From assembly GCA_038043045.1 (NCBI GenBank), contig JBBTCX010000081.1, positions 5,561-69,560 on the forward strand: DNA of 64,000 bases, written 5' to 3'. Origin of the DNA: Planctomycetota bacterium. Its GTDB lineage: Bacteria; Planctomycetota; Phycisphaerae; UBA1845. Below the pieces are notes generated by a model, which was not told the origin of the DNA, ran no database searches, and saw only the letters and a program-made list of their open reading frames with translations. The translations under genes were made by a program, and so were the position numbers. Each line of letters begins with the position of its first letter. Position 1 is the first letter of the stretch. This document shows, piece by piece, positions 34,008 to 44,653 of this stretch.

Positions 34008-35171
34008 CTAATTACCTTCTTTGACGACCGTATCTTCTTCGCCGTAGTCAGCCGCCCAAGTCGAGCCGCTGTGCCGAATTGAAAAGAGGCCGAGATTCGG
34101 TTTGTGCAATCCAAGGGAATTGAGCAACGTAGAGAAGTGCGGGGAAAGATTGTCACGCAATGCCACGGGGCCATGCTTGAGCGATTTCTTGTTGCTGGGC
34201 GATGCAGCCGAATACACGATCGGCGTGCCGTAGCGATTGGTCCAAACGAAACCATCTTCGCCCGTCGGTAATCCCTTCTGGCTTCGCTCAGTCTTCCAGC
34301 GTTCCAACCCCTCGACCGTTTCCGGCCATAATGGTGTTCACCGTCGGCCCCAGGTTTTTCCGCGAGGCATTATGAACCGTGTTTCCGTTTTGTCGCCGAT
34401 CATTTTCTTGACGAAATGCCCCCATTTCACCCGGCCTACGTCGCTGTTGCCGATGCCGGTATTGATCGCCAGCATGATCGCCGTCTTGAGCCACAGGTCT
34501 GCTGCCTCGATCATCATCCGTAGTTCGTGAGGTTCAAACACGGCCAATTCGGTTGGTGGACCGCTAATCGTCTGCAACGGGCGGAGCGTGTCCGCCAACG
34601 CCGAAATGCTGAGCCAACACTCGACCTGACATCGTTTGAACGCCGCCTTGACGAAGGAAAGCCGCTTGTTCACCTACGCCGGCTGCCGAGTTCCGCTTTC
34701 GACGACAAGGTGGCAGTGGTTTCGCCAACGGAGAAAATAGTGCTTATCGACCCATTCGATCGGAAGGTCGCCACAACGCTGGTATGATATCATCGAATGG
34801 AAGGCTCGCACCGTGTCTCGGATCGACTCAGCGCTCCGTTTGTGTTCGTGCATCCATTCGCAGTAGGCGTCGCCGTCATCCCGGACGGACCTGATGACGA
34901 TGTCCAAGGACGTGGGCGATTTCGTCACCGCAAGGTTTCGTCTTGCCTCCTCGATCGTGCGACCGATCGGCAGGATGTGGCCGTTGTTTACGCGGCAGAA
35001 TTGACGATAACCGGCCTTGTAGACAAGGCTCGTTTCAAGGAAGAAGCTGTACCGGGCAAGCGCGGTCATTTCGTCCGAGCCGAAGTAGTGCATCTTGCCC
35101 CTGATGAACTTGCGGTATTGGCCGGTGCCTGAATGGAACCCGAGTTTGATTCGTGTCTTTTTCGCAGCCAT
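34008..35171 (-). pseudogene. Tyrosine recombinase/phage integrase pseudogene (two in-frame stops, 3'-truncated)
   Basis: Track ORFs 34674..35333, 34338..34673 and 34008..34307 are all in one frame (checked by coordinates). They are separated only by TAG (34674-34676) and TGA (34338-34340). The read-through gives ...FIMPRGKTWGRR*TPLWPETVEGLERW...LFSIRHSGSTW, which is integrase-like. The ORF ends 12 aa after the RH motif, so the catalytic Tyr region is missing. The likely start is MAAKKTRIK at about 35171. Confidence 0.75.
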
Positions 35172-35263
35172 TTTTCGGCTCTCCATGATCCATCGGAGGA
35201 CCGACTCGATTATAATTCTTAACGAAGTGGATTTGATAGGAAGAATTTGATAGTACCTTGATT

Positions 35264-35348
35264 GGGCGAGTGGCGGAATGGCAGACGCTGGGGACTTAAA
35301 ATCCCCTCCGGTGAAAACTGGGTGCGGGTTCAATTCCCGCCTCGCCCA
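35264..35348 (+). tRNA. tRNA-Leu (anticodon UAA), class II with long variable arm; CCA not encoded
   Basis: Folded by hand. Acceptor GGGCGAG/CTCGCCC with discriminator A. Anticodon stem GGGGA/TCCCC with loop CTTAAAA. Variable arm CCGGT-GAAA-ACTGG. T arm GCGGG-TTCAATT-CCCGC. Confidence 0.9.
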
Positions 35349-35439
35349 TTAATCCTTTAACCACTATATAGGGGATGACATTCCCTAACCGAAAAGAATA
35401 GAATAGAGAGACGCGGTCACAGAAATCGACTGGTCAGGC

Positions 35440-36579
35440 GTGGTGGGTGGAAGTGGGCTTCGTTTTTCGAGGTTGCCGATGTTCCTGAATCTTGCACGAG
35501 CCCGATCCTACGAGGTTTTGCCTTTATTCATTGGCCTCTTTGCTGTGGTAGCGCTTGCAGGTGATGATCCCGCCAGCGGTTTGGAGGGCTTAACCGCCCG
35601 TTTGACCGAACATGGCAAGGCCATCAATTGGGAAGCGGAATTCCCTCATTTCGAACGCCATTTCGATCGAATGTGGAAGGAAAACGGCTGGAACGATGAA
35701 GCCGACTGCTTTTCCCACGATTTGATCCGCGATGTGGCTCGAATTCCACCGTGGCAAGTGATGGATCGGTTGAATCTGGCCAGCGATCGCGCGGCTGAGC
35801 GGTATGGAATGAAAGGTACGGAAAGGCTTTGGCTTAAAGCCAAGATGGTTCGAGAAGCAAGCGGGTTTCTGCTCCGCAACAGCAAGGTCATTTTGCAACA
35901 ATTCAGCGAAGCTTCCGAATTTTTTGCGGGCGAAAAACCCTTGAACCCCGATCAGGTCGCCCGTTGGACGCGCGACGCCGAACCCTTGACCGAGGATTTC
36001 AACCAGATGGTAAAACGAATCGTCAGTGATATCGAACCCAGGGTGGACGAGCAACATCGCGATGCCCTTCGCCGGGATGTGGGTAGTTACGACAAGCAGC
36101 GCCAGTTCTGGTTGGAAAAAATGACCCGTTGGAAAGAGGGCGACTGGCGGCCCGATGATTGGGGATTGCAAGATCATCCCGCTCATCGAGATTTGCCCGT
36201 CTTATCGGGTTCGGAGTCTAACGTATTTCCTCGTGTTCTCGCAGCGAATTCGGACGGCGAGATTGGACCCGATTATGTGAATTCTCTTCCCAAATGGGTG
36301 AACCATGATCGTTCCACGTGGTTCGCTTACGTTATTGAGATGGAGCGGAAGTATCATTTCGATTCGGGTCAGATGAACACCGCGAAGTCGATTCACGATG
36401 AAGTTTTTGAGCGGGCCGGAGCGTATGTTGCGGCGAACACGGAGGAGTTGAAGGCGGTGTCCCTATCGGCGCGAGGCAAACATGAGATCTTCGCTCCGGT
36501 GCGTATGATGTTTGACGAGCTTCGATCCCGACTGGATGCGATACCCACAAGTGCGCAGCAGACAAATGCATCGCGCTAG
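35440..36579 (+). CDS. Secreted/periplasmic protein of unknown function
   Basis: 379-aa ORF. The probable start is the internal MFLNLARARSYEVLPLFIGLFAVVALAG (about 35479). No recognisable motif. Confidence 0.6.
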   Translation: MVGGSGLRFSRLPMFLNLARARSYEVLPLFIGLFAVVALAGDDPASGLEGLTARLTEHGKAINWEAEFPHFERHFDRMWKENGWNDEADCFSHDLIRDVARIPPWQVMDRLNLASDRAAERYGMKGTERLWLKAKMVREASGFLLRNSKVILQQFSEASEFFAGEKPLNPDQVARWTRDAEPLTEDFNQMVKRIVSDIEPRVDEQHRDALRRDVGSYDKQRQFWLEKMTRWKEGDWRPDDWGLQDHPAHRDLPVLSGSESNVFPRVLAANSDGEIGPDYVNSLPKWVNHDRSTWFAYVIEMERKYHFDSGQMNTAKSIHDEVFERAGAYVAANTEELKAVSLSARGKHEIFAPVRMMFDELRSRLDAIPTSAQQTNASR

Positions 36580-36714
36580 GAAGATTTACAGAAACGCTTT
36601 AATTGCAAAAAGTGTAACTTAGGGCTTATCCTACTTGGCGAAATCCAAATTGCCGATTTCTGGTTGGTGGATGTGTGCCTACTTGAAGCGCAACGGAAAG
36701 CAGGTCATTGAGTC

Positions 36715-37731
36715 GTGAAAATAAAGTGTAACGGTTTATATTGCATTGCGGTTTCTATTTCTGCTTTGCTGCCATTTTCGAAAATTAATGCGCAGACGAA
36801 TTCTGGTATTGACTCATTATCGGGCGCCTATCGACCTGGTGCTCAGAATGTGGACGAGAGTGAACTTCCAAGAGCGGTGGGCCTGCAGAATCCTTGGCGG
36901 CTTGGGCAGAGAGACCGACCGGGAGCGCGACGTTGGAATCGGCGAAATGGTGGGTTGTTGGGCGGCGTCGGATCACGGCGGGCACCAACTCCGTCACGCG
37001 CTTATGCGTCGCCGGGGTTTGGGTTGTCGGCTTATTCTGGTCGACCGATTGCCAATGAGACCGGTGGAATGGCTGCGATTTTTCCAGAGCGGCGAGCGTT
37101 TCTTGCGGCGACGGCCAGCAACGCTCCGGTTCGACGAGCACTCAATAAGGAAGCGGGAGTAAGGCTTCCGGCAAGCTCGGATGACCGGGCGAGCGCCCGA
37201 CTAACAGAATTTGAAGGAGAGATCCCGGAGTCAATCTTGTTAGGCGATCGGTTGCAAGCGCAGGTGGGGGCGGCCAAAGCGCGTGCTCAGATCAATGCTT
37301 GGACGGGATTTCGGGAAGGCAAATATTATCTGGCTCGGCGGGCTTTTGCCGCGATGGTTAGCGCGGACCCGGAGGATTTGGAAGCCCGGGTTGGAGAGTT
37401 GTTTTGCGTCACGGCGTTGGGGTCGACACACAGCGCGACGATTCTGCTTGGTATATTGAATGGGCGATCGGAGCAACCGTTTGGATGCGACATTCGATTG
37501 AGTGAGCGGTTTGGTACGACGGCGGCCGCCAATGAATTCCGAACGCGATGCAAATTGCTCACGCAAGTACAGGATATCGATATGCATACTGCGGCGGTGT
37601 ATACGCTTTCGCTCTGGTATTTCGGAGATAGGGACGGAGCCTTGTTTGCGGCGGAGAGTATCGCGGCGAAGCAGCCGGGTTCGGTGTATGCGAAATGGCC
37701 TGGGAAAATGCGCGAGGTCATAGGGAAGTAA
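36715..37731 (+). CDS. Secreted protein of unknown function
   Basis: 338-aa ORF with signal peptide MKIKCNGLYCIAVSISALLPFSKINAQ. The 5' end and upstream intergenic region are conspicuously AT-rich compared with the rest of the window. Confidence 0.55.
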   Translation: MKIKCNGLYCIAVSISALLPFSKINAQTNSGIDSLSGAYRPGAQNVDESELPRAVGLQNPWRLGQRDRPGARRWNRRNGGLLGGVGSRRAPTPSRAYASPGFGLSAYSGRPIANETGGMAAIFPERRAFLAATASNAPVRRALNKEAGVRLPASSDDRASARLTEFEGEIPESILLGDRLQAQVGAAKARAQINAWTGFREGKYYLARRAFAAMVSADPEDLEARVGELFCVTALGSTHSATILLGILNGRSEQPFGCDIRLSERFGTTAAANEFRTRCKLLTQVQDIDMHTAAVYTLSLWYFGDRDGALFAAESIAAKQPGSVYAKWPGKMREVIGK

Positions 37732-37808
37732 TGAAGGCGTCGGCGAGAAGGCGTTGAGAAGATGTCCGCACCAGAGCGGACAGGCCATAGGGCGGGGGAA
37801 CGTGCGAG

Positions 37809-39851
37809 TTGTCCATTGAATCCGAGTTAACGAAGTCTCTGAGCCACGAGCGTTTCCGCGCGGCCGGAATGGGTCATTGGCACGGACTAAGCGTGCACTA
37901 CCGAACCCCGGTGGTGGCCGGCGCGCATGGGGTGTTGTTTACGCTGGCGCTTTTTTCATCGTTCTTGCTGGCCTATAATTTCCGATTCAACATCAAACGG
38001 GAACAAGAACTCTTCGAGTGGTTTTTCGATCTGTTTCTTCCGCTGTTGGCGTTTGCGTTACCCATCAAGTTGTTTGTTTTTCACCAGTTGGGTCAATACC
38101 GGGGTTCGTGGCGATATGTCGGACTTCGGGATTTGTTCGGTGTCATCAGTTCCTCGTTGGTTGCGTCTTTCGCACTACTCTTCGTCTATTTCGTGGCGGA
38201 AAACGGCTGGGATCAGCAATACGGTCACCGGTTGATCGACGATGCGCCGCGAGCGCGATTGCGAGAGTCTTCGGTCTTTTTGTTGGATTGGTCGGCCACG
38301 ATTGTGTTTGTGTGCGCTGCGCGGGTGCTGGTGCGGTTTTATTATGAAGACTTGCAGCCGCGTCGGGCGGAGGGTTCGACGCGCGTATTGATCGTCGGGG
38401 CCGGTGATGCCGGAGAAGCCGTCGTGCGACAGTTGCCGCGCCTTCGACAGGGTCATTACATCTGTGTGGGGTTTGTCGACGACCAGGTGCCTGAGCTTCA
38501 TGGTCGAATCCACAATGTCGAAATCATGGGGCGAACATCCCAAATTCGCGAGATTTGCGAGTCCCATAACGTTCAAGAGGTGTTCATCGCGGTGCCGACC
38601 GCGACGCCTAAGTTCATACGTGAATTGGTGGAACGATGCGAAGGTACGGGGGCAAGGTTTCGCACGGTTCCGGGTGTGGCCGATGTCATCGAAGGGCGTG
38701 TTCAAGTCAGTCAAATCCGAGATGTGGACATCACCGATCTTCTTGGTCGTGAACCGGTGGAGTTGGATCAGGAGAAGATCAGCCGGGAAATTCGCGGTCA
38801 ATGTGTGTTGGTCACTGGGGCCGGCGGAAGCATCGGTTCAGAGATGTGTCGGCAGATTGCGACATTTTCACCTCGGCGATTGGTGCTGATCGAGCGCGCG
38901 GAAAACAATCTGTTCGAGCTCGACCGCGAGCTTAGACGTTCCTTCCCCGACCTATCAATCCTCGCGACGGTCGCAGACATCGGTGACCGTGAAAGAATCG
39001 AGGCTGTTTTTCAAGAAGAGCGACCGGCCATCGTTTTTCACGCGGCCGCGCACAAGCATGTGCCGCTCATGGAACATAATCCCGGCGAGGCGATCAAGAA
39101 CAACGTCTTGGGCACGATGACGGTCGCGGAAGCGGCGATCGGGGCGGGAACAGAAAAGATGGTGATGATCTCGACGGACAAGGCCGTCAATCCGACGAGT
39201 GTCATGGGTTGCACGAAACGAATCGCGGAATTGTATGTTCAAGGTCGCAACGGTCGCGGAAGAACGCAATTCATAACGGTGCGGTTTGGAAATGTGCTGG
39301 GCAGCAGCGGAAGCGTCGTTCCGATTTTCAAGCAGCAAATCGCAGCGGGTGGGCCGATCACGGTAACCCATCCCGAAATGAAGCGATATTTCATGACGAT
39401 TGCCGAAGCCTCTCAATTGGTCCTTCAGGCGGGTGCGATGGGAAAAGGCGGGGAGATTTATCTTTTGCACATGGGCGAACCGGTCAAAATTGTTGATCTG
39501 GCACGAGACATGATTTCTTTGAGCGGGCTTCGACCGGGGATTGACATTGACATTGTTTTTTCAGGAGTGCGCCCAGGCGAGAAACTCTTCGAGGAATTGT
39601 CGGGATTGGGGGAGCATGTCGGAGACACCGCCCATCCCAAGATCGGCGTTTGGAAACATCGACCGACGGATTGGGAGGCCTTGCGGGCGGGGATACTCCG
39701 ATTGTTGAATGTAGCGAATACGGCGGAACCGGACGAACTTCAAGCCGAGATGCAACTCCTCGTGCCGGAATACACGCCGGATCATGGTTCTATGGACACA
39801 GTAGATGGTGCTCCGAGAAACGTTGTTTCAAAGACGCCGGCCGTTGTCTGA
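37809..39851 (+). CDS. Membrane-bound nucleotide-sugar 4,6-dehydratase/epimerase of the WbpM/CapD/PglF family
   Basis: 680-aa ORF. About 4 N-terminal TM helices, then two Rossmann-like regions (RVLIVGAGDAGE; VLVTGAGGSIGSE). FHAAAHKHVPLME and STDKAVNPTSVMGCTKR fit the S-M-K triad variant known for WbpM-type enzymes. Confidence 0.9.
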   Translation: MSIESELTKSLSHERFRAAGMGHWHGLSVHYRTPVVAGAHGVLFTLALFSSFLLAYNFRFNIKREQELFEWFFDLFLPLLAFALPIKLFVFHQLGQYRGSWRYVGLRDLFGVISSSLVASFALLFVYFVAENGWDQQYGHRLIDDAPRARLRESSVFLLDWSATIVFVCAARVLVRFYYEDLQPRRAEGSTRVLIVGAGDAGEAVVRQLPRLRQGHYICVGFVDDQVPELHGRIHNVEIMGRTSQIREICESHNVQEVFIAVPTATPKFIRELVERCEGTGARFRTVPGVADVIEGRVQVSQIRDVDITDLLGREPVELDQEKISREIRGQCVLVTGAGGSIGSEMCRQIATFSPRRLVLIERAENNLFELDRELRRSFPDLSILATVADIGDRERIEAVFQEERPAIVFHAAAHKHVPLMEHNPGEAIKNNVLGTMTVAEAAIGAGTEKMVMISTDKAVNPTSVMGCTKRIAELYVQGRNGRGRTQFITVRFGNVLGSSGSVVPIFKQQIAAGGPITVTHPEMKRYFMTIAEASQLVLQAGAMGKGGEIYLLHMGEPVKIVDLARDMISLSGLRPGIDIDIVFSGVRPGEKLFEELSGLGEHVGDTAHPKIGVWKHRPTDWEALRAGILRLLNVANTAEPDELQAEMQLLVPEYTPDHGSMDTVDGAPRNVVSKTPAVV

Positions 39852-39997
39852 TCCCAAGTCGGTCCATTTCCAACCGTTCCTTCACGGTTCGCAAGGATTG
39901 CCATTCCCACTTTTCACTTTGACTTCGTTCATCGCCTGATCCGCCGCACAGTATCGGCCATTGTGGTCAGGGTAGGCGTCCGCCTATAGTTCATTTC

Positions 39998-42475
39998 ATG
40001 AGTGGTCTGATTCTTGGCGCGGCGGCGCGTGGTGGCGAAGAGAGCGTTGTGGAATGGCGGAGCGTGCCCGATGGGTGGTTCCTTGTTCTGGCGGCGGCCG
40101 GCATCCTTGCATTGTGTTGGGCCGTGATTTGGATGTACCGCCGGGAAGGTCGGATCGGGGCGTCGGCGTTGACCCGGTGGGTGTTGGGATTTGCCCGATG
40201 CTCGGTGTTGGTCATTTTGGCGGCGATTCTTTTGGAACCGGTGCGGGTTCGAATTCTTCGGCGATGGGTGGATTCATACACGTTGGTCCTGGTCGATTCT
40301 TCTTCGAGTATGGACCTTGTGGATCAATATCGAGATGCCAAGGCGACGGAGCGGGTCAAGAAGGTCACCGACGGAGCGGATGCTTCGTCTTTCCGTCGAA
40401 TGGATGTGGTCAAGCATGTGCTGGAAGGAGAAAACCGTAGCTTCCTTCGGAGGCTTTCGGGAAAAAACCGGGTGAAACTATTCACGTTTGCGGATGAGCC
40501 GATTCTTCAGGGAACGCTGGCGTCCGGGCTTGAAGACCCGACTCGTGACAAGGGCAGCCTACCCGAGGGCGATAAAACCGGCGGCGCGCAAAGGGTCGAA
40601 GACTTGGCTACGACGTTTTCGGCCACGGGTCCGGCGACGAATGTCGAGCGTGCCGTGCGCCGGGCGATGGAATCGTTGGCTGGCGCACCGATTGCGGCGG
40701 TTGTCGTATTGAGCGATGGCGGTTTCAACCAGGGTTCGTCGGGTGAAGAGACGGGGAGATTCGCCCGCGATCGACACGTTCCGATTCATGTGGTCGGGAT
40801 CGGTGATCCATCGCCACCCAGAAACGTTCGCGTGGTGGAGGTCAAATCGCCGGCGAGTGTTTTTCAACAAGACCCGTTTCCGATTTCGGTTCAAGTCTCC
40901 ACCGAGGGAGTTGTCGGCGAGACGATTCAGCTTGTGCTTCGGGAGCGAGATGCGTCCGGAGGAAGTGAGGGATCGGAGATTGAGACGAGGAGTTTGCCTA
41001 TCGGCGGAGACGGATTGGTCGCGCCGCTGGTGTTCCAACGGCGGCAGGATCGTGCCGGGCGATACGTGTACACGGTGGAGGTTCCGACGCTGGAAGGAGA
41101 ATCCGTCACGGATGACAATGCCCGGCAGGTGACAATCAATGTCATTGAATCCCGTTCGAAGGTTCTCGTGGTGGCGGGGGGGCCGAGTTGGGATTATCAG
41201 TATGTGTCGCGGTTGCTGCAACGAGATGACACGTTCGACGTGAGCTGTTGGTTGCAGTCGGCGGATGTCAACGCGGTTCGAGAGGGCGATGTGATAATTG
41301 ACCATCTGCCCGCAACGGCGGAGGAGGTGTTCGCGTACGACGTGTTGATCTTGATGGACGCGAACCCGGCGGAGCTCGGCGAGGAATGGGCCCGGTTGGT
41401 GGATAAGTACGTGTCGGAATACGGTGGCGGATTGTTGCTTACCGTCGCGCGACCGTTCACGCCGGGGCTCATGCGCGAACCGTCGTTGAAACCCCTGCGC
41501 GATCTGCTTCCGGTGACTATGGATCCCGAAGCGGATTTGGCCCTCAATCGTATTGGGCATTATCAATTGTCGCCGGTGCCCGTGGAAATCCCGCCTACCG
41601 CGTTTGGACACCCGGTGATGCAACTGGCCGACGATCCCGTCTCCACCAAATTGGCGTGGCAGGGAGCAGGTGACATCCATTGGCACTATCCGGTCTTGCG
41701 GGAGAAACCCGCGGCGACGGTGTTGATGCGCCATGGCGATCCGCGTATGCGAAATGCTTTCGGCGCTCACGTGTTGGCGGCGGTGCAGTTCGTGGGGTCC
41801 GGTCGGTCCGGGTACTTGGGGATGGACGGGACGTACCGATGGCGCAGGTATAGCGAAACGACGTTCAATCGATTCTGGATTCAGATGGTTCGTTTTTTGG
41901 GCGAAGGAAAATTGCTCGGAGGCCACAAGCGGGGAATGCTGTTGACAGACAACGATCAGCTTTCACTTGGAGAAGCGGTGACCGTAACCGCGAGGTTGTT
42001 TGATGCACGCTACGAACCGTTGGCAAGGGACAAAGTCGTCGCCAACGTCATGGGTGGAGAAGGAAAGGCCGAAGTGATTTTGGCGGCGAGGCCGGATCGT
42101 CCAGGCTGGTTTGATGGGCGATTTATTCCCGACCGGGTAGGGGGATATCGAATCAGTCTCCTGGGCGTTGGCGAGCCAGGCGAAGACGGTGGTGAAATCG
42201 TGCGCGAGATTCGTGTGTCACGACCGAATCTGGAAATTGCTCGACCACAAATGGATCGAGCGGCGTTGCAAGCCCTTGCCCAACACTCTGAAGGCGGAAA
42301 ATATTTTGAATTGGATGAGGTCTCCCAGATTTCGGATTTGATTCAGGACCTTCACGAAGAGATATCGGTGCGTTCGAGGCCGACGATTCTTTGGGATACC
42401 GGAGCGGTGATGACGTTGCTCGTGGTGTTGCTTTCTTTTGAGTGGGCGGTGCGTAAGTGGAGGCACCTTCTGTAG
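39998..42475 (+). CDS. BatA-like double-TM / von Willebrand factor A domain membrane protein with GATase1-like C-terminal region
   Basis: 825-aa ORF. Two N-terminal TM helices (WFLVLAAAGILALCWAVIWMY, VLGFARCSVLVILAAILLEPV). MIDAS-like LVLVDSSSSMD and VVVLSDGGFNQG. A C-terminal TM helix (VMTLLVVLLSFEWAV). Confidence 0.8.
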   Translation: MSGLILGAAARGGEESVVEWRSVPDGWFLVLAAAGILALCWAVIWMYRREGRIGASALTRWVLGFARCSVLVILAAILLEPVRVRILRRWVDSYTLVLVDSSSSMDLVDQYRDAKATERVKKVTDGADASSFRRMDVVKHVLEGENRSFLRRLSGKNRVKLFTFADEPILQGTLASGLEDPTRDKGSLPEGDKTGGAQRVEDLATTFSATGPATNVERAVRRAMESLAGAPIAAVVVLSDGGFNQGSSGEETGRFARDRHVPIHVVGIGDPSPPRNVRVVEVKSPASVFQQDPFPISVQVSTEGVVGETIQLVLRERDASGGSEGSEIETRSLPIGGDGLVAPLVFQRRQDRAGRYVYTVEVPTLEGESVTDDNARQVTINVIESRSKVLVVAGGPSWDYQYVSRLLQRDDTFDVSCWLQSADVNAVREGDVIIDHLPATAEEVFAYDVLILMDANPAELGEEWARLVDKYVSEYGGGLLLTVARPFTPGLMREPSLKPLRDLLPVTMDPEADLALNRIGHYQLSPVPVEIPPTAFGHPVMQLADDPVSTKLAWQGAGDIHWHYPVLREKPAATVLMRHGDPRMRNAFGAHVLAAVQFVGSGRSGYLGMDGTYRWRRYSETTFNRFWIQMVRFLGEGKLLGGHKRGMLLTDNDQLSLGEAVTVTARLFDARYEPLARDKVVANVMGGEGKAEVILAARPDRPGWFDGRFIPDRVGGYRISLLGVGEPGEDGGEIVREIRVSRPNLEIARPQMDRAALQALAQHSEGGKYFELDEVSQISDLIQDLHEEISVRSRPTILWDTGAVMTLLVVLLSFEWAVRKWRHLL

Positions 42476-42540
42476 GAATTCTTGGGGGTTCAAGGATCAA
42501 CCGCGTGAATGCGTCCGTACAAGGCGTTGGTGGAGTACCG

Positions 42541-44646
42541 ATGGAATTGAACCCTATCGTTGCGCAACGATTGCGTCGTGTCGCGGGCAAGATTCGGTCC
42601 GGTGTCACGTTGAATGGACTTGCTTGTTTATGCGGATATTTGTTCGTCGCGGCCGTCGTGGTGGGCGCGGTCGATGACTTGGCCAACGGGTTGCGTTGGA
42701 GCATGCGAGCTGCTTTGGTTTTCGCGACCCTGCTTGGCGCGATTGGGGTTTTGTGGAAGCTCATCGTTGAACCGCTTCGGTGCTCCTTCGGTTCAGCGGA
42801 AGTGGCTCATTTGCTTGAACGTCGCCATCCTGAACTTCGCACGCTGTTGGTGTCGGCCGTTAGGTTTCAAGACGGTCAAGTCGGATCACCAGAGGTTTGT
42901 TCGCCGATACTGGTGGCTTCGGTCATGGAACAAGCCGGTCGCATGGCATTGACGTTGGATTTTGAAGGCGTCCTCAATATTCGAATCAAACGAATGGCGA
43001 TGTTCTCCATCGCCACGCTTCTATTGGTGTTTTCGTTTCTTTTTTGGGCATTTCCCAAACGAGCGGAGCTTTGGCTGAATCGTAGCGTTTTGCTTCGAGA
43101 GGTTCCCTGGCCTAAAGAGACGACGCTGGTCGTGGAAGCGCAAGGTGACGCGGTTATCGGCGCGCGCGGTGACGATTTGACAATCCAAGCCCATGCGCTT
43201 GGCGTTCAGCCTCGAGAGGTGGATATCGTCTTTACGACCGCAAGCGGACGTCGAGGCCGACAGTCGATGGTGACTGTCGGCGGAGGCGATGCTTTACGGT
43301 ATCGACATACCTTTGAGCGTGCACAGGAAGAGTTCACGTTTTATCTGGAAGGCGGCGACGATCGAACCGAGACGTATCGAGCGTGTCTGTTGGATCGACC
43401 CCAAGTCGTACGAAGCGAGGTGCGTATTCAACCTCCGACTTATACTCAAATGGAAACGTCGGTGTTGGGTGACGGTCAACGCGCCGCACAAGTGTTGCGT
43501 GGGAGCAATGTGACGATTCGCATTGGGACAAATCATCCCGTCAAAAAGGCACTTCTCGTTCACGGAGACCAACCTGTTGTGGAAGCCACCTCCGAAGGGG
43601 ACCGATACTCGGCCACGTTTACTCCGAATGAAACGCATACTTATCACTTTGATCTGCTCGATGACGCCGGCCTGGAGAATCGGGAAGTCACTCGGTTTTC
43701 GCTCCAAGTGGTGAAAGACGAAGCCCCACGTGTGCGGTTACGAGTGCCCGGCGCAGGCGACATGATTACGCCCGAGGCCGTTCTTCCTTTTGAAATGCAG
43801 TTTGAAGATGTTTATGGGCTGGCGGTTGCGGAGCTTCGATACCAGGTTTCGCGCGAGGGTTCCGAAGAGCGAGCCATCAAACCACCAACATTTGCGGCAG
43901 GAATGCGCAACTTCACCGCCAACTTTTCCTGGCCCGTTGCGACCGAAGATGTGAAACCGGGCGAACGAATTACCCTGGTTGTTCAAGCCGCGGATTTTGA
44001 CGATGTTTCAGGCCCAAATGTCGCACGGTCACCTGAAGTCAACCTTCGTGTTGTCACGCGGGATGAGTTATTATCGGAACTAGCTCGGCGGGAAGAACAG
44101 TACCGAGCAGAATATGAGCGGTTGATCGATGCTCAGGAGCAAGTGAGAGGGAGACTGCTAAGTTTACAGCAAAAGTTCACAGACGAAGGATTCTCAGCGG
44201 CACTTTCCGAGCAGATTGCGAGTGTTGAACGAACCCAAAGAAATGTGGCCAGTTCGGTGAACGTTATTCGACAGCAGTTTGAGCAGATTTTACGAGAGCT
44301 TCAGATTAGTCAGCTTAATTCCATCGCCATTGAAACTCGGATCGGTGGGGGGATCGTGGAACCGCTTTCATTGCTGGTGAAGCGTGATTTTGGGGAGGCC
44401 GCGGATGAGATTAGGCGTTGGTCCGGGGTAGCGGGGTCGCCTTCTCCGGAATTGGATCAGCGTCAAGTTACACTTTTGGCGCAGATGCGGACCATTCTTT
44501 CGAATATGATACACCGGGCGGGATTCCAGGAAGTCGTGAACATGCTCCGGGATATTATCCGACTTCAGGAGGAGCTTCACAAAGAAAGCAAGCAAACCGC
44601 CGAGGGAGCGGACTGGTTTGACGATGTACCTCCTAAACAGAAGTAA
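42541..44646 (+). CDS. Membrane protein of the Bat-like cluster (DUF4175-like architecture)
   Basis: Start moved to MELNPIVAQRL (42541). N-terminal TM pair (LACLCGYLFVAAVVVGAV, AALVFATLLGAIGVLWKLIV), a large extracytoplasmic region and a coiled-coil C-terminus. Confidence 0.7.
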   Translation: MELNPIVAQRLRRVAGKIRSGVTLNGLACLCGYLFVAAVVVGAVDDLANGLRWSMRAALVFATLLGAIGVLWKLIVEPLRCSFGSAEVAHLLERRHPELRTLLVSAVRFQDGQVGSPEVCSPILVASVMEQAGRMALTLDFEGVLNIRIKRMAMFSIATLLLVFSFLFWAFPKRAELWLNRSVLLREVPWPKETTLVVEAQGDAVIGARGDDLTIQAHALGVQPREVDIVFTTASGRRGRQSMVTVGGGDALRYRHTFERAQEEFTFYLEGGDDRTETYRACLLDRPQVVRSEVRIQPPTYTQMETSVLGDGQRAAQVLRGSNVTIRIGTNHPVKKALLVHGDQPVVEATSEGDRYSATFTPNETHTYHFDLLDDAGLENREVTRFSLQVVKDEAPRVRLRVPGAGDMITPEAVLPFEMQFEDVYGLAVAELRYQVSREGSEERAIKPPTFAAGMRNFTANFSWPVATEDVKPGERITLVVQAADFDDVSGPNVARSPEVNLRVVTRDELLSELARREEQYRAEYERLIDAQEQVRGRLLSLQQKFTDEGFSAALSEQIASVERTQRNVASSVNVIRQQFEQILRELQISQLNSIAIETRIGGGIVEPLSLLVKRDFGEAADEIRRWSGVAGSPSPELDQRQVTLLAQMRTILSNMIHRAGFQEVVNMLRDIIRLQEELHKESKQTAEGADWFDDVPPKQK

Positions 44647-44653
44647 GTCTAAT

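Noticed and set aside
16401-35348. The idea that the Tc-like operon plus the sigma/kinase pair is a genomic island bounded by the integrase and tRNA-Leu
   Set aside because: The integrase lies on the 5' side of the tRNA and points away from it. By eye I found no direct repeat of the tRNA 3' end in the window. The GC content of the Tc-like genes looks like that of their neighbours. This cannot be excluded without computation, but it is not supported.
39880-39905. Short inverted repeat AACCGT-N6-ACGGTT after the dehydratase gene as a terminator
   Set aside because: It has only a 6-bp stem and no following T-tract, which is too weak to call.
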